Assembly (NCBI GenBank): GCA_044347615.1
Contig: JBIKUK010000003.1
Location: forward strand, 209,151 to 273,150
Length of the DNA: 64,000 bases
Source of the DNA: Bdellovibrionota bacterium
GTDB lineage: Bacteria > Bdellovibrionota > UBA2428
Direction of reading: 5' to 3'
Both the position numbers and the translations under genes were made by a program. The notes beneath the pieces are model-generated. The model had not been told where the DNA came from. It made no database searches and saw only the letters and a list, made by a program, of their open reading frames with translations. This document shows positions 11,589 through 21,214 of the stretch, in pieces; positions within the stretch are counted from its first letter, which is position 1; each line of letters opens with the position of its first letter.

Positions 11589-12518
11589 GTGCTAAAATAT
11601 TCCATCAAAAGATTACTAGGGTCGATCCCTGTCCTGTTAATTGTCATCACCTTATCTTTTCTCATCATGCGCGCCACTCCAGGCGGGCCTTTCGACAAAG
11701 AAAAAAAAGTCACTCCCGAAGTGATGGCGGCCTTGAACGCTCAATACAAACTTGATCAACCCCTGTATGTGCAATATTGGGATACTCTCACAAACATTTT
11801 ACAGGGTGACCTAGGTCCTTCATTTCGATATCCTGGTCGGACTGTTAACGAAATGATTTTTGAAGGGCTGCCCGCAACTGTTGAATTGGGTTGCTACGCT
11901 TTGATCATTGCTCTTCTCTTAGGAATCACCTCAGGAATTATTGCCGCTCTCAAAAAAAACACATGGCTTGATTATTTGCCTATGACACTTTCTATGGCAG
12001 GAATTTGCGTGCCCTCTTTCTTGCTAGGCCCTGTTTTGGTTTTAATTTTCTCAATTCATTTTAACTGGCTGCCTGTTTCGGGCTGGGATTCTTTTGCGCA
12101 CAAAATCCTTCCCTCCATCACACTGGGAGCGGCATATGCAGCTTTCGTGTCTCGTCTTTCAAGAGGTGGGATGCTCGAAATTCTGTCTCAAGATTTTATT
12201 CGAACCGCTCGGGCAAAAGGTGCCTCTGAATCACAAGTTATTATAAAACACGCTCTCAAAGGCGGAATGTTTCCTGTGATTTCTTTCTTAGGACCAGCGA
12301 TTGCTGGATTGCTTTCTGGATCTTTTGTCACTGAATCTATTTTTCAAATCCCAGGATTAGGTCGCTACTACGTTCAAGCCGCTTTTAATCGCGATTACAC
12401 AATGATTATGGGAACCACCGTTTTCTTGGCGGCTCTTATAATTTTTTTCAATTTAGTTTCAGACGTGATGTTGATTTGGGTTAACCCCAAACTCAACTTT
12501 GATAAGGGGCAATCATGA
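11589..12518 (+). CDS. oppB: oligopeptide ABC transporter permease OppB
   Basis: 309 aa, close in pattern to E. coli OppB (MLKY...RATPGGPF, FIRTARAKG, EAA-loop region). Confidence 0.9.
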   Translation: MLKYSIKRLLGSIPVLLIVITLSFLIMRATPGGPFDKEKKVTPEVMAALNAQYKLDQPLYVQYWDTLTNILQGDLGPSFRYPGRTVNEMIFEGLPATVELGCYALIIALLLGITSGIIAALKKNTWLDYLPMTLSMAGICVPSFLLGPVLVLIFSIHFNWLPVSGWDSFAHKILPSITLGAAYAAFVSRLSRGGMLEILSQDFIRTARAKGASESQVIIKHALKGGMFPVISFLGPAIAGLLSGSFVTESIFQIPGLGRYYVQAAFNRDYTMIMGTTVFLAALIIFFNLVSDVMLIWVNPKLNFDKGQS

Positions 12519-13423
12519 GCGAAGCCGTTCTCACTCTTAACGGACAAGAAGAAATCGAAAAGGGTCGCTCCCTTTGGCAAGATGCATGGTCTCGTTTATC
12601 TAAGAACAAAGCCGCTATGGTGGGAGCTTTTCTCCTATTAGCCTTTGTGATTTTAGCTATCATCGCACCTTGGATTGCGCCCTACTCTTATGATGCTCAA
12701 GATTTGAACATCGGCCCCCAATCTCCCAGCTCAGCACATTGGTTTGGAACAGACATTCTAGGTCGCGACATGTACACGCGTATTCTTTACGGCGGCCGGA
12801 TTTCATTAATGGTCGGATTCTTAGCCACTTTTGTCTCTCTTGTAATTGGAGTTTTGTGGGGAACCATTGCGGGCTTTGTGGGAGGTCGCACAGATTCCAT
12901 CATGATGCGAATCGTAGACATCATGTATGCGATTCCCTTTATCCTTCTTGTGATATTGCTCATGGTGTTTGTGAACACACGAGACAATACAAATAACCTT
13001 CTTTTGCTTTTTATTGCGATTGGCGCCACAGAGTGGCTCACAATGGCTCGTATTGTTCGCGGGCAAGTGATGGGTATTCGCAAGCAAGAATTTATTGAGG
13101 CTTGTTACTCAATGGGAATCTCGAATAGAAAAATTATTTTTAAACATCTTATCCCCAACGTACTCGGGCCCATTATTGTTTACGCAACTCTTACTGTTCC
13201 AACAGTCATGCTCACCGAAGCTTTTTTAAGTTTCTTGGGCTTAGGCGTGCAACCTCCGATGAGCTCATGGGGTCTGCTCATCAGTAGTGGAGTTGAAAAC
13301 ATGGAAGAATACCCCTGGCTTTTGATTTATCCAGGGCTTACTTTTTCGCTGACTCTTTTTTCTTTAAATTTCTTAGGTGACGGACTTCGAGATGCGCTCG
13401 ATCCAAAGGCCTCAAAGGATTGA
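12515..13423 (+). CDS. oppC: oligopeptide ABC transporter permease OppC
   Basis: 302 aa permease with the N-terminal OppC-type segment (WQDAWSRLSKNKAAMVG). 4-nt overlap with oppB. Confidence 0.9.
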   Translation: MSEAVLTLNGQEEIEKGRSLWQDAWSRLSKNKAAMVGAFLLLAFVILAIIAPWIAPYSYDAQDLNIGPQSPSSAHWFGTDILGRDMYTRILYGGRISLMVGFLATFVSLVIGVLWGTIAGFVGGRTDSIMMRIVDIMYAIPFILLVILLMVFVNTRDNTNNLLLLFIAIGATEWLTMARIVRGQVMGIRKQEFIEACYSMGISNRKIIFKHLIPNVLGPIIVYATLTVPTVMLTEAFLSFLGLGVQPPMSSWGLLISSGVENMEEYPWLLIYPGLTFSLTLFSLNFLGDGLRDALDPKASKD

Positions 13424-13424
13424 T

Positions 13425-14402
13425 ATGTTAGAAGTCAAAGATTTAAAAACTTACTTTTACACTCGTAATGGAGTGTACCGTGCTGTTGAGGGAATTTCTT
13501 TTTCAGTTAAACGTGGTGAAGTCTTGGGAATTGTGGGCGAATCTGGCTCAGGCAAAAGTGTGTCTCAATATTCACTCTTAAGACTCATCCCCACACCACC
13601 CGGAAAAATAGTCGGAGGCACCGCCACTTTTGATGGAGTAGATCTTTTAAGTTGCTCGAAAGAAGAATTACAAAAAATTCGCGGCAAAAAAATCTCCATG
13701 ATCTTTCAAGATCCCATGACCTGTCTCAATCCCTACATGACGATTGGCGACCAAATCATGGAACCGCTTTTTATTCACGACAAAATCTCCAAGGAAGAAG
13801 CCGTAAAAAAAGCAAAAAATGCCTTAGAAGAAGTGGGCATCCAAGATGCACTCAATAGACTCAAAGCCTATCCACATGAGCTTTCAGGAGGCATGCGCCA
13901 ACGCGTGATGATTGCCATGGCTCTTATCACTGAGCCCGAGTTACTTATTGCCGATGAGCCAACCACAGCACTGGACGTCACGGTTCAAGCGCAAATCCTC
14001 GACTTAATAAAAGCTCTTCAAAAGAAGAAAAATACAGGAGTAATCTTTATTACGCATGACTTAGGCGTGATTGCAGGAATCGCAGATCGCGTGATGGTCA
14101 TGTACGCAGGTCAGGTTGTTGAAACCGCACCCACGGCTCAACTTTTTGAAAAACCCTCTCACCCCTACACTCGAGCGCTTTTGAGCAGCAGTCCTGCTCT
14201 TCACGCACGTGGAGAAAGATTGAAAACCATTTCCGGATTGCCTCCTGATCTTTCAAAAGAGATCAAAGGATGCGCTTTTGCTCCTCGCTGCCCCGAAAAA
14301 AATAGTCGCGACTGCGGAGAACAAAGACCTCAGCTCGTAGAGCTTTATAAAGATCACTATGTGTCTAATTGCTCAGCGTGCATTCACGGGGCTTCAGTAT
14401 GA
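13425..14402 (+). CDS. oppD: oligopeptide ABC transporter ATP-binding protein OppD
   Basis: Start MLEVKDL one nt after the oppC stop. Walker A GESGSGKS, signature LSGGMRQR, Walker B LLIADEPT, and a C-terminal oligopeptide-type Cys-rich tail. Confidence 0.9.
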   Translation: MLEVKDLKTYFYTRNGVYRAVEGISFSVKRGEVLGIVGESGSGKSVSQYSLLRLIPTPPGKIVGGTATFDGVDLLSCSKEELQKIRGKKISMIFQDPMTCLNPYMTIGDQIMEPLFIHDKISKEEAVKKAKNALEEVGIQDALNRLKAYPHELSGGMRQRVMIAMALITEPELLIADEPTTALDVTVQAQILDLIKALQKKKNTGVIFITHDLGVIAGIADRVMVMYAGQVVETAPTAQLFEKPSHPYTRALLSSSPALHARGERLKTISGLPPDLSKEIKGCAFAPRCPEKNSRDCGEQRPQLVELYKDHYVSNCSACIHGASV

Positions 14403-15382
14403 ATTTTTTAGAAGTTAAAAATCTCAAAACACATTTTCCTATTCAAAAAGGCGGTTTTTTCTCAAAGACTGTAGCAACCGTTAAAGCCGTTGATGGAGTT
14501 TCTCTTACGCTTAAGCAAGGAGAGGTATTAGGCCTTGTGGGAGAATCTGGGTGCGGTAAATCAACATTGGGCCGATCGATTCTTCGATTGATTGAACCCA
14601 CAAGTGGAGAAATTGTTTTTGACGGAAAAGAAATTTCTTCTATGGACCCTAAAGCTTTGCGCAAGGAACGTCCTCAGTTCCAGATGATCTTCCAGGATCC
14701 TTACGCCTCGCTTGATCCACGAATGACAGTGTTCGATACCCTTTCAGAGCCGTTGCTTTTTCACAACATCGTTGAAAAAAAAGAGGTCGAAAAAGAAGTT
14801 CATCGACTTATGAAAATGGTGGGCCTTGCTCCTCGATTCATACACAAATACCCTCATGAATTCTCAGGTGGTCAGCGCCAACGTATCGCGATTGCGCGCG
14901 CTTTAGCCCTAAGACCCAAATTAATCATTGCGGACGAGCCTGTCTCTGCTCTTGATGTGTCGATTCAATCTCAAATTTTAAATTTGCTTATGGATCTGCG
15001 CAAAGAGCTCAACCTCACTATGATTTTCATCTCCCACGATTTAGGTGTGGTTAAATATCTCTGCGATCGCGTGGCTGTGATGTACCTTGGGAAAATCATC
15101 GAGCTTGCTAGTTCTGACGAACTCTATGAAAACCCACTGCATCCTTATACAAAAGCACTTTTGTCAGCGATTCCCTTGCCTGATCCTCAAGCCGAAAAAA
15201 AACGTGAGCGAATTATTCTGCAAGGTGATCCGCCTTCACCCATTAATCCTCCGCCAGGATGTTCTTTTGCGCCTCGTTGCCCTAAAAAATCATCTTCCTT
15301 GTGTGAAACAAAAGTGCCTCAATTAGTTGAGATTAAAAAAGATCATTGGGTCACCGATTGCCCCTGCAACGTTCCGGCGTAG
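14399..15382 (+). CDS. oppF: oligopeptide ABC transporter ATP-binding protein OppF
   Basis: ATGA overlap with the oppD stop. Walker [10 protein letters not shown], signature FSGGQRQR, Walker [10 protein letters not shown]. Confidence 0.9.
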   Translation: MNFLEVKNLKTHFPIQKGGFFSKTVATVKAVDGVSLTLKQGEVLGLVGESGCGKSTLGRSILRLIEPTSGEIVFDGKEISSMDPKALRKERPQFQMIFQDPYASLDPRMTVFDTLSEPLLFHNIVEKKEVEKEVHRLMKMVGLAPRFIHKYPHEFSGGQRQRIAIARALALRPKLIIADEPVSALDVSIQSQILNLLMDLRKELNLTMIFISHDLGVVKYLCDRVAVMYLGKIIELASSDELYENPLHPYTKALLSAIPLPDPQAEKKRERIILQGDPPSPINPPPGCSFAPRCPKKSSSLCETKVPQLVEIKKDHWVTDCPCNVPA

Positions 15383-15397
15383 GTTAAGCACCAATAA

Positions 15398-16360
15398 ATG
15401 GATCATCAAAACTTGAGCGCCTTCCAAAGTTTTGCTCTTTTATTTGAGCGTCTTTCGCCACTCTTTTTATTATTAGCCATAGGCTTTTTTGCGGCTCGTG
15501 TTCTTAAGGTAACGCGTGAATCCCTTGCAAAGCTTGTGATCTATATCATTTCTCCGATTGTCTTTTTTGAGATTCTTGTGCGATCTCCTTTTAACGCTAA
15601 ACTTTTTGCTCTACCCTTCGCCTATGCAGGACTTTGCTCTCTCCTTGGGATATTGACTTACAACATTTCAAAAAAATTCTTCCGCTCTCCTATGCGTAAC
15701 CTATTGTCTTACGCTGGAGCCTCTGCCAACACGGGATACTTCGGCATTCCTGCCACTGCAATTTTACTCGGCGAAGACAAACTCGCCACAGCCATATTTG
15801 TGATCATTGGATACAACCTCTATGAATACACCACAGGTTTTTATATCGCAGCAAAGGGAACTTACGATTCTAAGGAAGCCCTCAAAAAAGTGCTCACGCT
15901 TCCATCTTTATGGATGTTTTTTTTATCGATGATTTTTTCGGCTTTGGGCTTCAACAAAATACCCGAGAATCTTCAACCTATTATTATGGGATTCAGGGGA
16001 ACTTACTCAACACTTGGTCTTATGATGATCGGTCTGGGACTTGGAAGCATCAAAAGCTTTCGCCTACATTTTCGTTTCATCGCAACATGTTTACTCATTA
16101 AGCTTGTGGCTTTCCCGCTCTTTGCCATCGGCTTTATCTACTTAGATCGCTACACTTTGGGATTTTTAAATCGCGAACTCACAGAGATCCTTCTTCTTAT
16201 GTCACTTGTCCCCATGGCTGCCAATGGAGTTGCGATTGCCACAGAACTTAAAATTCCCTCCGATGAAATCGCTCTCACAATTACATTGAGCACAATGATT
16301 TCTTTAATCTGGATTCCACTTTCTTGGACAACGTGGGTTCCTTTAATTTTGGGGAATTAA
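15398..16360 (+). CDS. AEC (auxin efflux carrier) family permease
   Basis: 320 aa, about 10 TM segments, two-fold repeat architecture typical of AEC/malate-permease-like transporters. Confidence 0.75.
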   Translation: MDHQNLSAFQSFALLFERLSPLFLLLAIGFFAARVLKVTRESLAKLVIYIISPIVFFEILVRSPFNAKLFALPFAYAGLCSLLGILTYNISKKFFRSPMRNLLSYAGASANTGYFGIPATAILLGEDKLATAIFVIIGYNLYEYTTGFYIAAKGTYDSKEALKKVLTLPSLWMFFLSMIFSALGFNKIPENLQPIIMGFRGTYSTLGLMMIGLGLGSIKSFRLHFRFIATCLLIKLVAFPLFAIGFIYLDRYTLGFLNRELTEILLLMSLVPMAANGVAIATELKIPSDEIALTITLSTMISLIWIPLSWTTWVPLILGN

Positions 16361-16388
16361 ACTCTCTACGCCACCTTTCTACAGCAAC

Positions 16389-17339
16389 CTAGCGCCACAA
16401 GCGTATAAACTGTCCCGAGGGAACCTGCTTACCACCTTGTTCAGGCATGAGCATTTCACCACCTTCAAAAGAAAATTTCTCAAGAGTAAGAATATCTGCA
16501 GCAAGATTTTTTAAAACTTCTGGAGAAAAACCTTGTGAATGCGAAGAGAAATGAAAAAGCCTGCAATCAGGAGAAAGGATTTTCTTCACCGCTCTTAAAA
16601 GAGGAAGAATATCTTCTTCAATTTTGAAAACTTCTTTATTCGGACCTCGACCAAATGAGGGTGGATCCATAATGATGCCATCATAAAAATTTCCACGTTT
16701 TGCTTCTCTCTCCAAAAAGAGTTTGCAGTCTTCCACAATAAAGCGAATAGAATTTTCAGGAACGCGATTTAAAGCCGCATTTTGCTTCGCCCAATCCACC
16801 ACTCCTCTTGCCGCATCGACATGAGTCACCTGAGCACCTGCAAGTGCACAAGAAACAGAAGACGCACCTGTGTAGGCAAAAAGATTTAAAATCTTGAGGG
16901 GTTTGTCTTTGGGGGTAGAAGAAATTTTCTCATAAAACCAATCCCACTGAGGAGCTTGCTCAACAAAAAATCCTAGATGGCCAAAAGAAGTAAGTTTTGT
17001 TTTAAAAATAATTCTTCCAACTTTTGTAAACCAAAAATCAGGTAGCTTTGCTTTTAAATCCCAAGAACCTCCACCCTTCTCACTTCGTTGATGATAGGCG
17101 TGAATCTTTGTCCAATCCTTATTGTTTTTCTTCGACCAAAACGCCACTGCACATTGGCGATCGATCACAAAGTTACCCACTTTTTCGAGCTTACGTCCCT
17201 CGCCTGAATCCAGAAGAGAATAATCCCTCGCTCCTTCATTTTGAAATTGATCAAGAATCACTTCTATCGGCAAGCGATCATCACCCATTCCCTTGTTCAT
17301 AACTTCAAACTTACGAGCTTTTTGTTTTGTATCTTTCAT
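16389..17339 (-). CDS. class I SAM-dependent (rRNA-type, RlmI/RlmK-like) methyltransferase
   Basis: SAM-binding LNLFAYTGASSV...VDAA and catalytic IIMDPPSFGRG. The ATG at 17339 overlaps the rluA-family stop (TAATG); the ORF as drawn begins at a TTG 9 nt upstream. Confidence 0.8.
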   Translation of the reverse strand: MKDTKQKARKFEVMNKGMGDDRLPIEVILDQFQNEGARDYSLLDSGEGRKLEKVGNFVIDRQCAVAFWSKKNNKDWTKIHAYHQRSEKGGGSWDLKAKLPDFWFTKVGRIIFKTKLTSFGHLGFFVEQAPQWDWFYEKISSTPKDKPLKILNLFAYTGASSVSCALAGAQVTHVDAARGVVDWAKQNAALNRVPENSIRFIVEDCKLFLEREAKRGNFYDGIIMDPPSFGRGPNKEVFKIEEDILPLLRAVKKILSPDCRLFHFSSHSQGFSPEVLKNLAADILTLEKFSFEGGEMLMPEQGGKQVPSGQFIRLWR

Positions 17340-18034
17340 TATGGCCAATCCTTATATTTAGGAATTAAATTTTGTAAATCAACGGGAAGTGAATCCTTAT
17401 ACGTTAGCAGTTCTTGGCTCATTGGATGAGGCACCTCAAGAGCATAGGAGTGCAAAGCTGGTCTGCCAGGCTCTTTGATTTGAGCTTTATATTTTTGATC
17501 ACCCAAAAGGGGATATCCCGCAGCTGAACATTGAACACGAATCTGATGCCCTCTTCCGGTTTCAAGAGTCACATAGAGAAGCGCAACATCTTTTGCGTGA
17601 AATTGAGCTTGAGCAAGTTTTTTGAATTCAAGTTTCGAAGCTTTCGCGCCTGAAGTTTCTTTGCTCACCACACGCACTTCATTTGTCTGTTCATTTTTGA
17701 GCAACCAATGCTCTAGAATTTGCGAAGAAGGAGGCATTCCCTCTACAAAAGCTAAATAGCTTCTCTTTAGTTTTCCTTTTTGAAGTGCATCTGTCAGTCT
17801 TTGAGCCGATTTTGTCCTCTTCGCTACAATCATAATTCCAGAGGTGTTTCTGTCTAAGCGGTGTATAAGACCTACATAATTGCGGCCCAAATACTTTCTT
17901 AAATAATCAACTAAATTATCATCGCCCGAGCTATCTCCCTGACTCAAAAGCCCCGCAGGCTTACTCAAAACAATCAAATGAGTATCCTCAAAAAGTATTC
18001 GAGGGGCCAAGGGCCCAAGCTCAGCTATATTCAC
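17339..18034 (-). CDS. RluA-family pseudouridine synthase
   Basis: 231 aa, GTG start. Catalytic-Asp motif HRLDRNTSGIMIVAK and GRGHQIRVQ. Confidence 0.88.
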   Translation of the reverse strand: MNIAELGPLAPRILFEDTHLIVLSKPAGLLSQGDSSGDDNLVDYLRKYLGRNYVGLIHRLDRNTSGIMIVAKRTKSAQRLTDALQKGKLKRSYLAFVEGMPPSSQILEHWLLKNEQTNEVRVVSKETSGAKASKLEFKKLAQAQFHAKDVALLYVTLETGRGHQIRVQCSAAGYPLLGDQKYKAQIKEPGRPALHSYALEVPHPMSQELLTYKDSLPVDLQNLIPKYKDWP

Positions 18035-18104
18035 AAACTCAGCGTAGCATTTCTATTTTTTGAGTCTTGCTGAATTTTAGCGCCTCCTGATAACCTAATG
18101 ATCT

Positions 18105-18650
18105 ATGGTCATTGGAATTGCAGGTGGAAGTGGCTCAGGCAAAACGACGTTTGCCAAAAGATTGCTCGAAATTGTGGGCCCTGAGCGTGGAATTATCCTT
18201 GGCCAAGATTCTTACTACAAAGATCAAAAAGAGGCCTTCAATAAAGACCCTCGCTCCGTAAACTTCGACCATCCGAGCGTGATCGACTTTGAACTTCTTA
18301 CAAAGCACCTTCGGCTGTTAAAAGGCGGAAAAACTATCGAATGCCCTATCTACGACTACGTTGAACATGCTCGGCGCAAAGAGACCAAAACAATCACTCC
18401 TAAGCCCATTATTATTGTAGAAGGAATTTTAATTTTTACCGAAAAAGATCTTCTCACCGAGTTTGATCTTACTTTTTTCATGGAAGCCACCGAAGAACTT
18501 CGCTTGAGAAGACGCATCACTCGCGATCAAATAGAGCGAGGTCGCACAGAAGAAGAAACAAAAGAGCACTTCTATCGTTCTGTGAAGCCCATGCACGATC
18601 AATTCGTTCAACCGACAAAAATGCTCAGTCTTTATATAATTCAGACCTAA
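18105..18650 (+). CDS. udk: uridine kinase (C-terminally short)
   Basis: P-loop IGIAGGSGSGKTT, YYKDQ, and a PMHDQFVQPTK block. It ends about 27-29 aa earlier than B. subtilis/E. coli Udk. Confidence 0.8.
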   Translation: MVIGIAGGSGSGKTTFAKRLLEIVGPERGIILGQDSYYKDQKEAFNKDPRSVNFDHPSVIDFELLTKHLRLLKGGKTIECPIYDYVEHARRKETKTITPKPIIIVEGILIFTEKDLLTEFDLTFFMEATEELRLRRRITRDQIERGRTEEETKEHFYRSVKPMHDQFVQPTKMLSLYIIQT

Positions 18651-18652
18651 AT

Positions 18653-19240
18653 TTATTTCGTTGCAGAATCTTCTTCGTACTTTTCTAACTCGGCATCATT
18701 TATCTGATAAGAAGCAGCGCCGTACTGACTTTTTGTTTCGGTGATTTCCAATTTTCCGTAAAGCCATGAAGGATTATAGACATCTTCAAAAGCAAGTTTG
18801 TTTTTAAGTCTTGCTTTGATGATCAGATTAGGGGGAGGAGGAGGAACGTGAATACACGCCTGCTCATTGGGCACAAAAAGGAATTCCTCTAAAACAGTTG
18901 TTCCATCTGTTAAGGGAACAATATAACCAGGAATGCGGACCATTTTGTTTTCAATCTCGCTTAAATTTCCTGCTTTTTTTCCCGATTTATAATCAAGTTG
19001 TACAAGTTCTTTCCAGTTTACCTCACGAAAAGAGACTCCATCCTTAGAGAAAGATTTCGAGCCATCATTTTGCAAATTAATCCGAGAGGAGTCGCCTAAT
19101 TTATCATCTGCTTTTTGATCTATTTTCGATTTCAAATAAAACAATCCAGCCACTGCAAAACTAGAGAAAAATGCAATCAAAGCCCATCGAAGAGCTTTTT
19201 TTTCAACAAGCATTAAAAAACCATAGTCTAAAACAATCAT
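18653..19240 (-). CDS. DUF3299-like exported protein
   Basis: N-terminal TM/signal anchor. Characteristic FLFVPNEQACIHVPPPPPN motif as I recall it for DUF3299. Start uncertain (alternative Met 9 codons in). Confidence 0.6.
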   Translation of the reverse strand: MIVLDYGFLMLVEKKALRWALIAFFSSFAVAGLFYLKSKIDQKADDKLGDSSRINLQNDGSKSFSKDGVSFREVNWKELVQLDYKSGKKAGNLSEIENKMVRIPGYIVPLTDGTTVLEEFLFVPNEQACIHVPPPPPNLIIKARLKNKLAFEDVYNPSWLYGKLEITETKSQYGAASYQINDAELEKYEEDSATK

Positions 19241-19274
19241 AGGAAAAAGCGATAAAACCTTACAATAAATAATA

Positions 19275-20315
19275 CTAAACTTTCATTTCTATGTTTGGTT
19301 TAGCATATTCCTTATACCTATAACCTAAAACACCCGCTAAAAAACCAACCCTTGAAGACAAAAACCATAATACACCTCTATAACCATAATTAAATCTTCT
19401 AAAAAAAAGCTCAATCCTCGGCCCCAAAATTTTTCCCAAAAACTTTGATGACTTATATGGAATAAGCCCAAATATGATAAATGGTGCCACAAAAAGCCCG
19501 ATTAAGATGACATGAATAGAAATAAAAATCATCCACAATCTTAATAAAAAAGTAGATTTGCCTTTTTTGATTTTCAAAATTAAATCAACAGGGAAAGAGT
19601 AGCTGAATCTTCTTTTTAAAATCCATTTTAAAGTCATTCTCTCTTTAAACAGTTGGGCATAAACAACAGACAAAGAACAAAATTTAATTATAAAACCTTT
19701 ATCAAAAATTTGCCTAAAAAACAAAACGTCCTCCCCACAGAATAAAGATAATGATTCATCAAAAAAGGGAACCTCCTTCAATACACTCATCCTAAAAAAA
19801 ACATTGTAAGTGTATGCTTCTTTCAGATTTGTTCCGTTTTTATAGAACGGAAATTCAAAATATCCTCCTTCAACGATCCACCTAGGAGGACTTATTTCAA
19901 AAACTGGAACGAGGTGCCCAAATATAACATCAGCATTCCAATCTTGAAGAGCTCTTAATCCTTCTATCAACCATCTTTTATCTACAGTTTCATCATCATC
20001 TATCATTGCTATAACATCCGCATCTAAAGATTTTGAAACATGTAAAAGTTTATTTCTAACTTGAGGAATCCCTCTTTTGCTCTCCACTGAATATACCAAA
20101 GGAAACCGAAAGCCGCTTTTAAGCAATTCTTGAGTAACCGGTAATCCCGACTGATCTGGATCATTATCTACAATCACGACAGTTATTTTTATAGTTTTTG
20201 CTAAATCCACCAAGTCCAATCCGTTGATGGAAAGGAGAAGACTTCTTAGCTTATTGGGTCGCAAATAGGTTGCAGCACAAATACACACATGACTAACAGA
20301 ATGATGATTTGCCAC
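19275..20315 (-). CDS. family 2 glycosyltransferase with C-terminal TM segments
   Basis: GT2 GT-A core (VVIVDNDPDQSG, MIDDDE) followed by hydrophobic helices (LWMIFISIHVILIGLFVAPFIIFGLI). Confidence 0.8.
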   Translation of the reverse strand: MANHHSVSHVCICAATYLRPNKLRSLLLSINGLDLVDLAKTIKITVVIVDNDPDQSGLPVTQELLKSGFRFPLVYSVESKRGIPQVRNKLLHVSKSLDADVIAMIDDDETVDKRWLIEGLRALQDWNADVIFGHLVPVFEISPPRWIVEGGYFEFPFYKNGTNLKEAYTYNVFFRMSVLKEVPFFDESLSLFCGEDVLFFRQIFDKGFIIKFCSLSVVYAQLFKERMTLKWILKRRFSYSFPVDLILKIKKGKSTFLLRLWMIFISIHVILIGLFVAPFIIFGLIPYKSSKFLGKILGPRIELFFRRFNYGYRGVLWFLSSRVGFLAGVLGYRYKEYAKPNIEMKV

Positions 20316-20396
20316 TTTTTATATTCTAACTCTCCTCACAAGAAACTCAATTTAAGAATAAGATAACAAAATAATAATTTACAAATACCTATCCGA

Positions 20397-21209
20397 TTAA
20401 TAACTGATCAAAGTTCCAAGCGTTATTTCTGTATCGCGCGAATAAAACTTACCTAATCGACCAAATCTTTCTTGAGTCCCGTCAGAGAAACCCGAATTAG
20501 AGAGCGTTAAATAAACGGCAGATTGAGATAAAATCTCATACGAAAAAGTCGTCGTAAGTGCGTAGGAATTTTGAATCCTACCTGAGCTTTTCAACTCAGA
20601 ATCAGCCGAAAGTGCGACGCTCCAACCCAGTTTCTCAAAAGTCATACAATTTAACTCGAGAGCATGAAAAAAAAGCCATTCCGTAACACTTTGACCGGCA
20701 ACATCTGTCTTGAAGGCATAAAATTTTTTATTTAATTTCAAAACATATTCAAGAGATTGAAAAGACCACTCACGCCCCCCCGAAAGTTTCCACGTGAAAT
20801 AATTTGTTGCTCCCAAGCCCCAACGCATTTGTAAATCACGACGAGAAAAATCACTTGTGGGATAAAGCAGAGAAAGTATAGAGCGAAAAGAAACACTCTC
20901 AGATAAGCGATAAGTCGGAGAAAGCGTAAAAAAAGCAGAATCCGCCCAGTTCCAAACCCTCACAGGCTTTATTCTTTGCCTAGCCCCCTGATTTATTCCG
21001 ACACTCCATTTATTTTCAAGGGTGTACTGGGGAATAACCTTTAAAAAAAAATATGCGTTTTGAGAAGGATCGCTTAAAGCCTGACGATTTCGAGAAGCCT
21101 CAAGAGTGGACTTTACATGAAAGTTTTGCAAATCTTGGGCAAAAAGGGAGCCCTTCAAAAGAACTCCCCCTAAACAACCGACTAAGCAAACAAAAAAACT
21201 ATTCCTCAT
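20397..21209 (-). CDS. hypothetical outer-membrane beta-barrel protein (270 aa)
   Basis: Signal peptide ending SLFAQD. Alternating hydrophobic strand pattern throughout, with an aromatic C-terminus (LGTLISY). Start lies 5 nt after the metalloprotease stop. Confidence 0.6.
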   Translation of the reverse strand: MRNSFFVCLVGCLGGVLLKGSLFAQDLQNFHVKSTLEASRNRQALSDPSQNAYFFLKVIPQYTLENKWSVGINQGARQRIKPVRVWNWADSAFFTLSPTYRLSESVSFRSILSLLYPTSDFSRRDLQMRWGLGATNYFTWKLSGGREWSFQSLEYVLKLNKKFYAFKTDVAGQSVTEWLFFHALELNCMTFEKLGWSVALSADSELKSSGRIQNSYALTTTFSYEILSQSAVYLTLSNSGFSDGTQERFGRLGKFYSRDTEITLGTLISY

Positions 21210-21214
21210 TGTTT

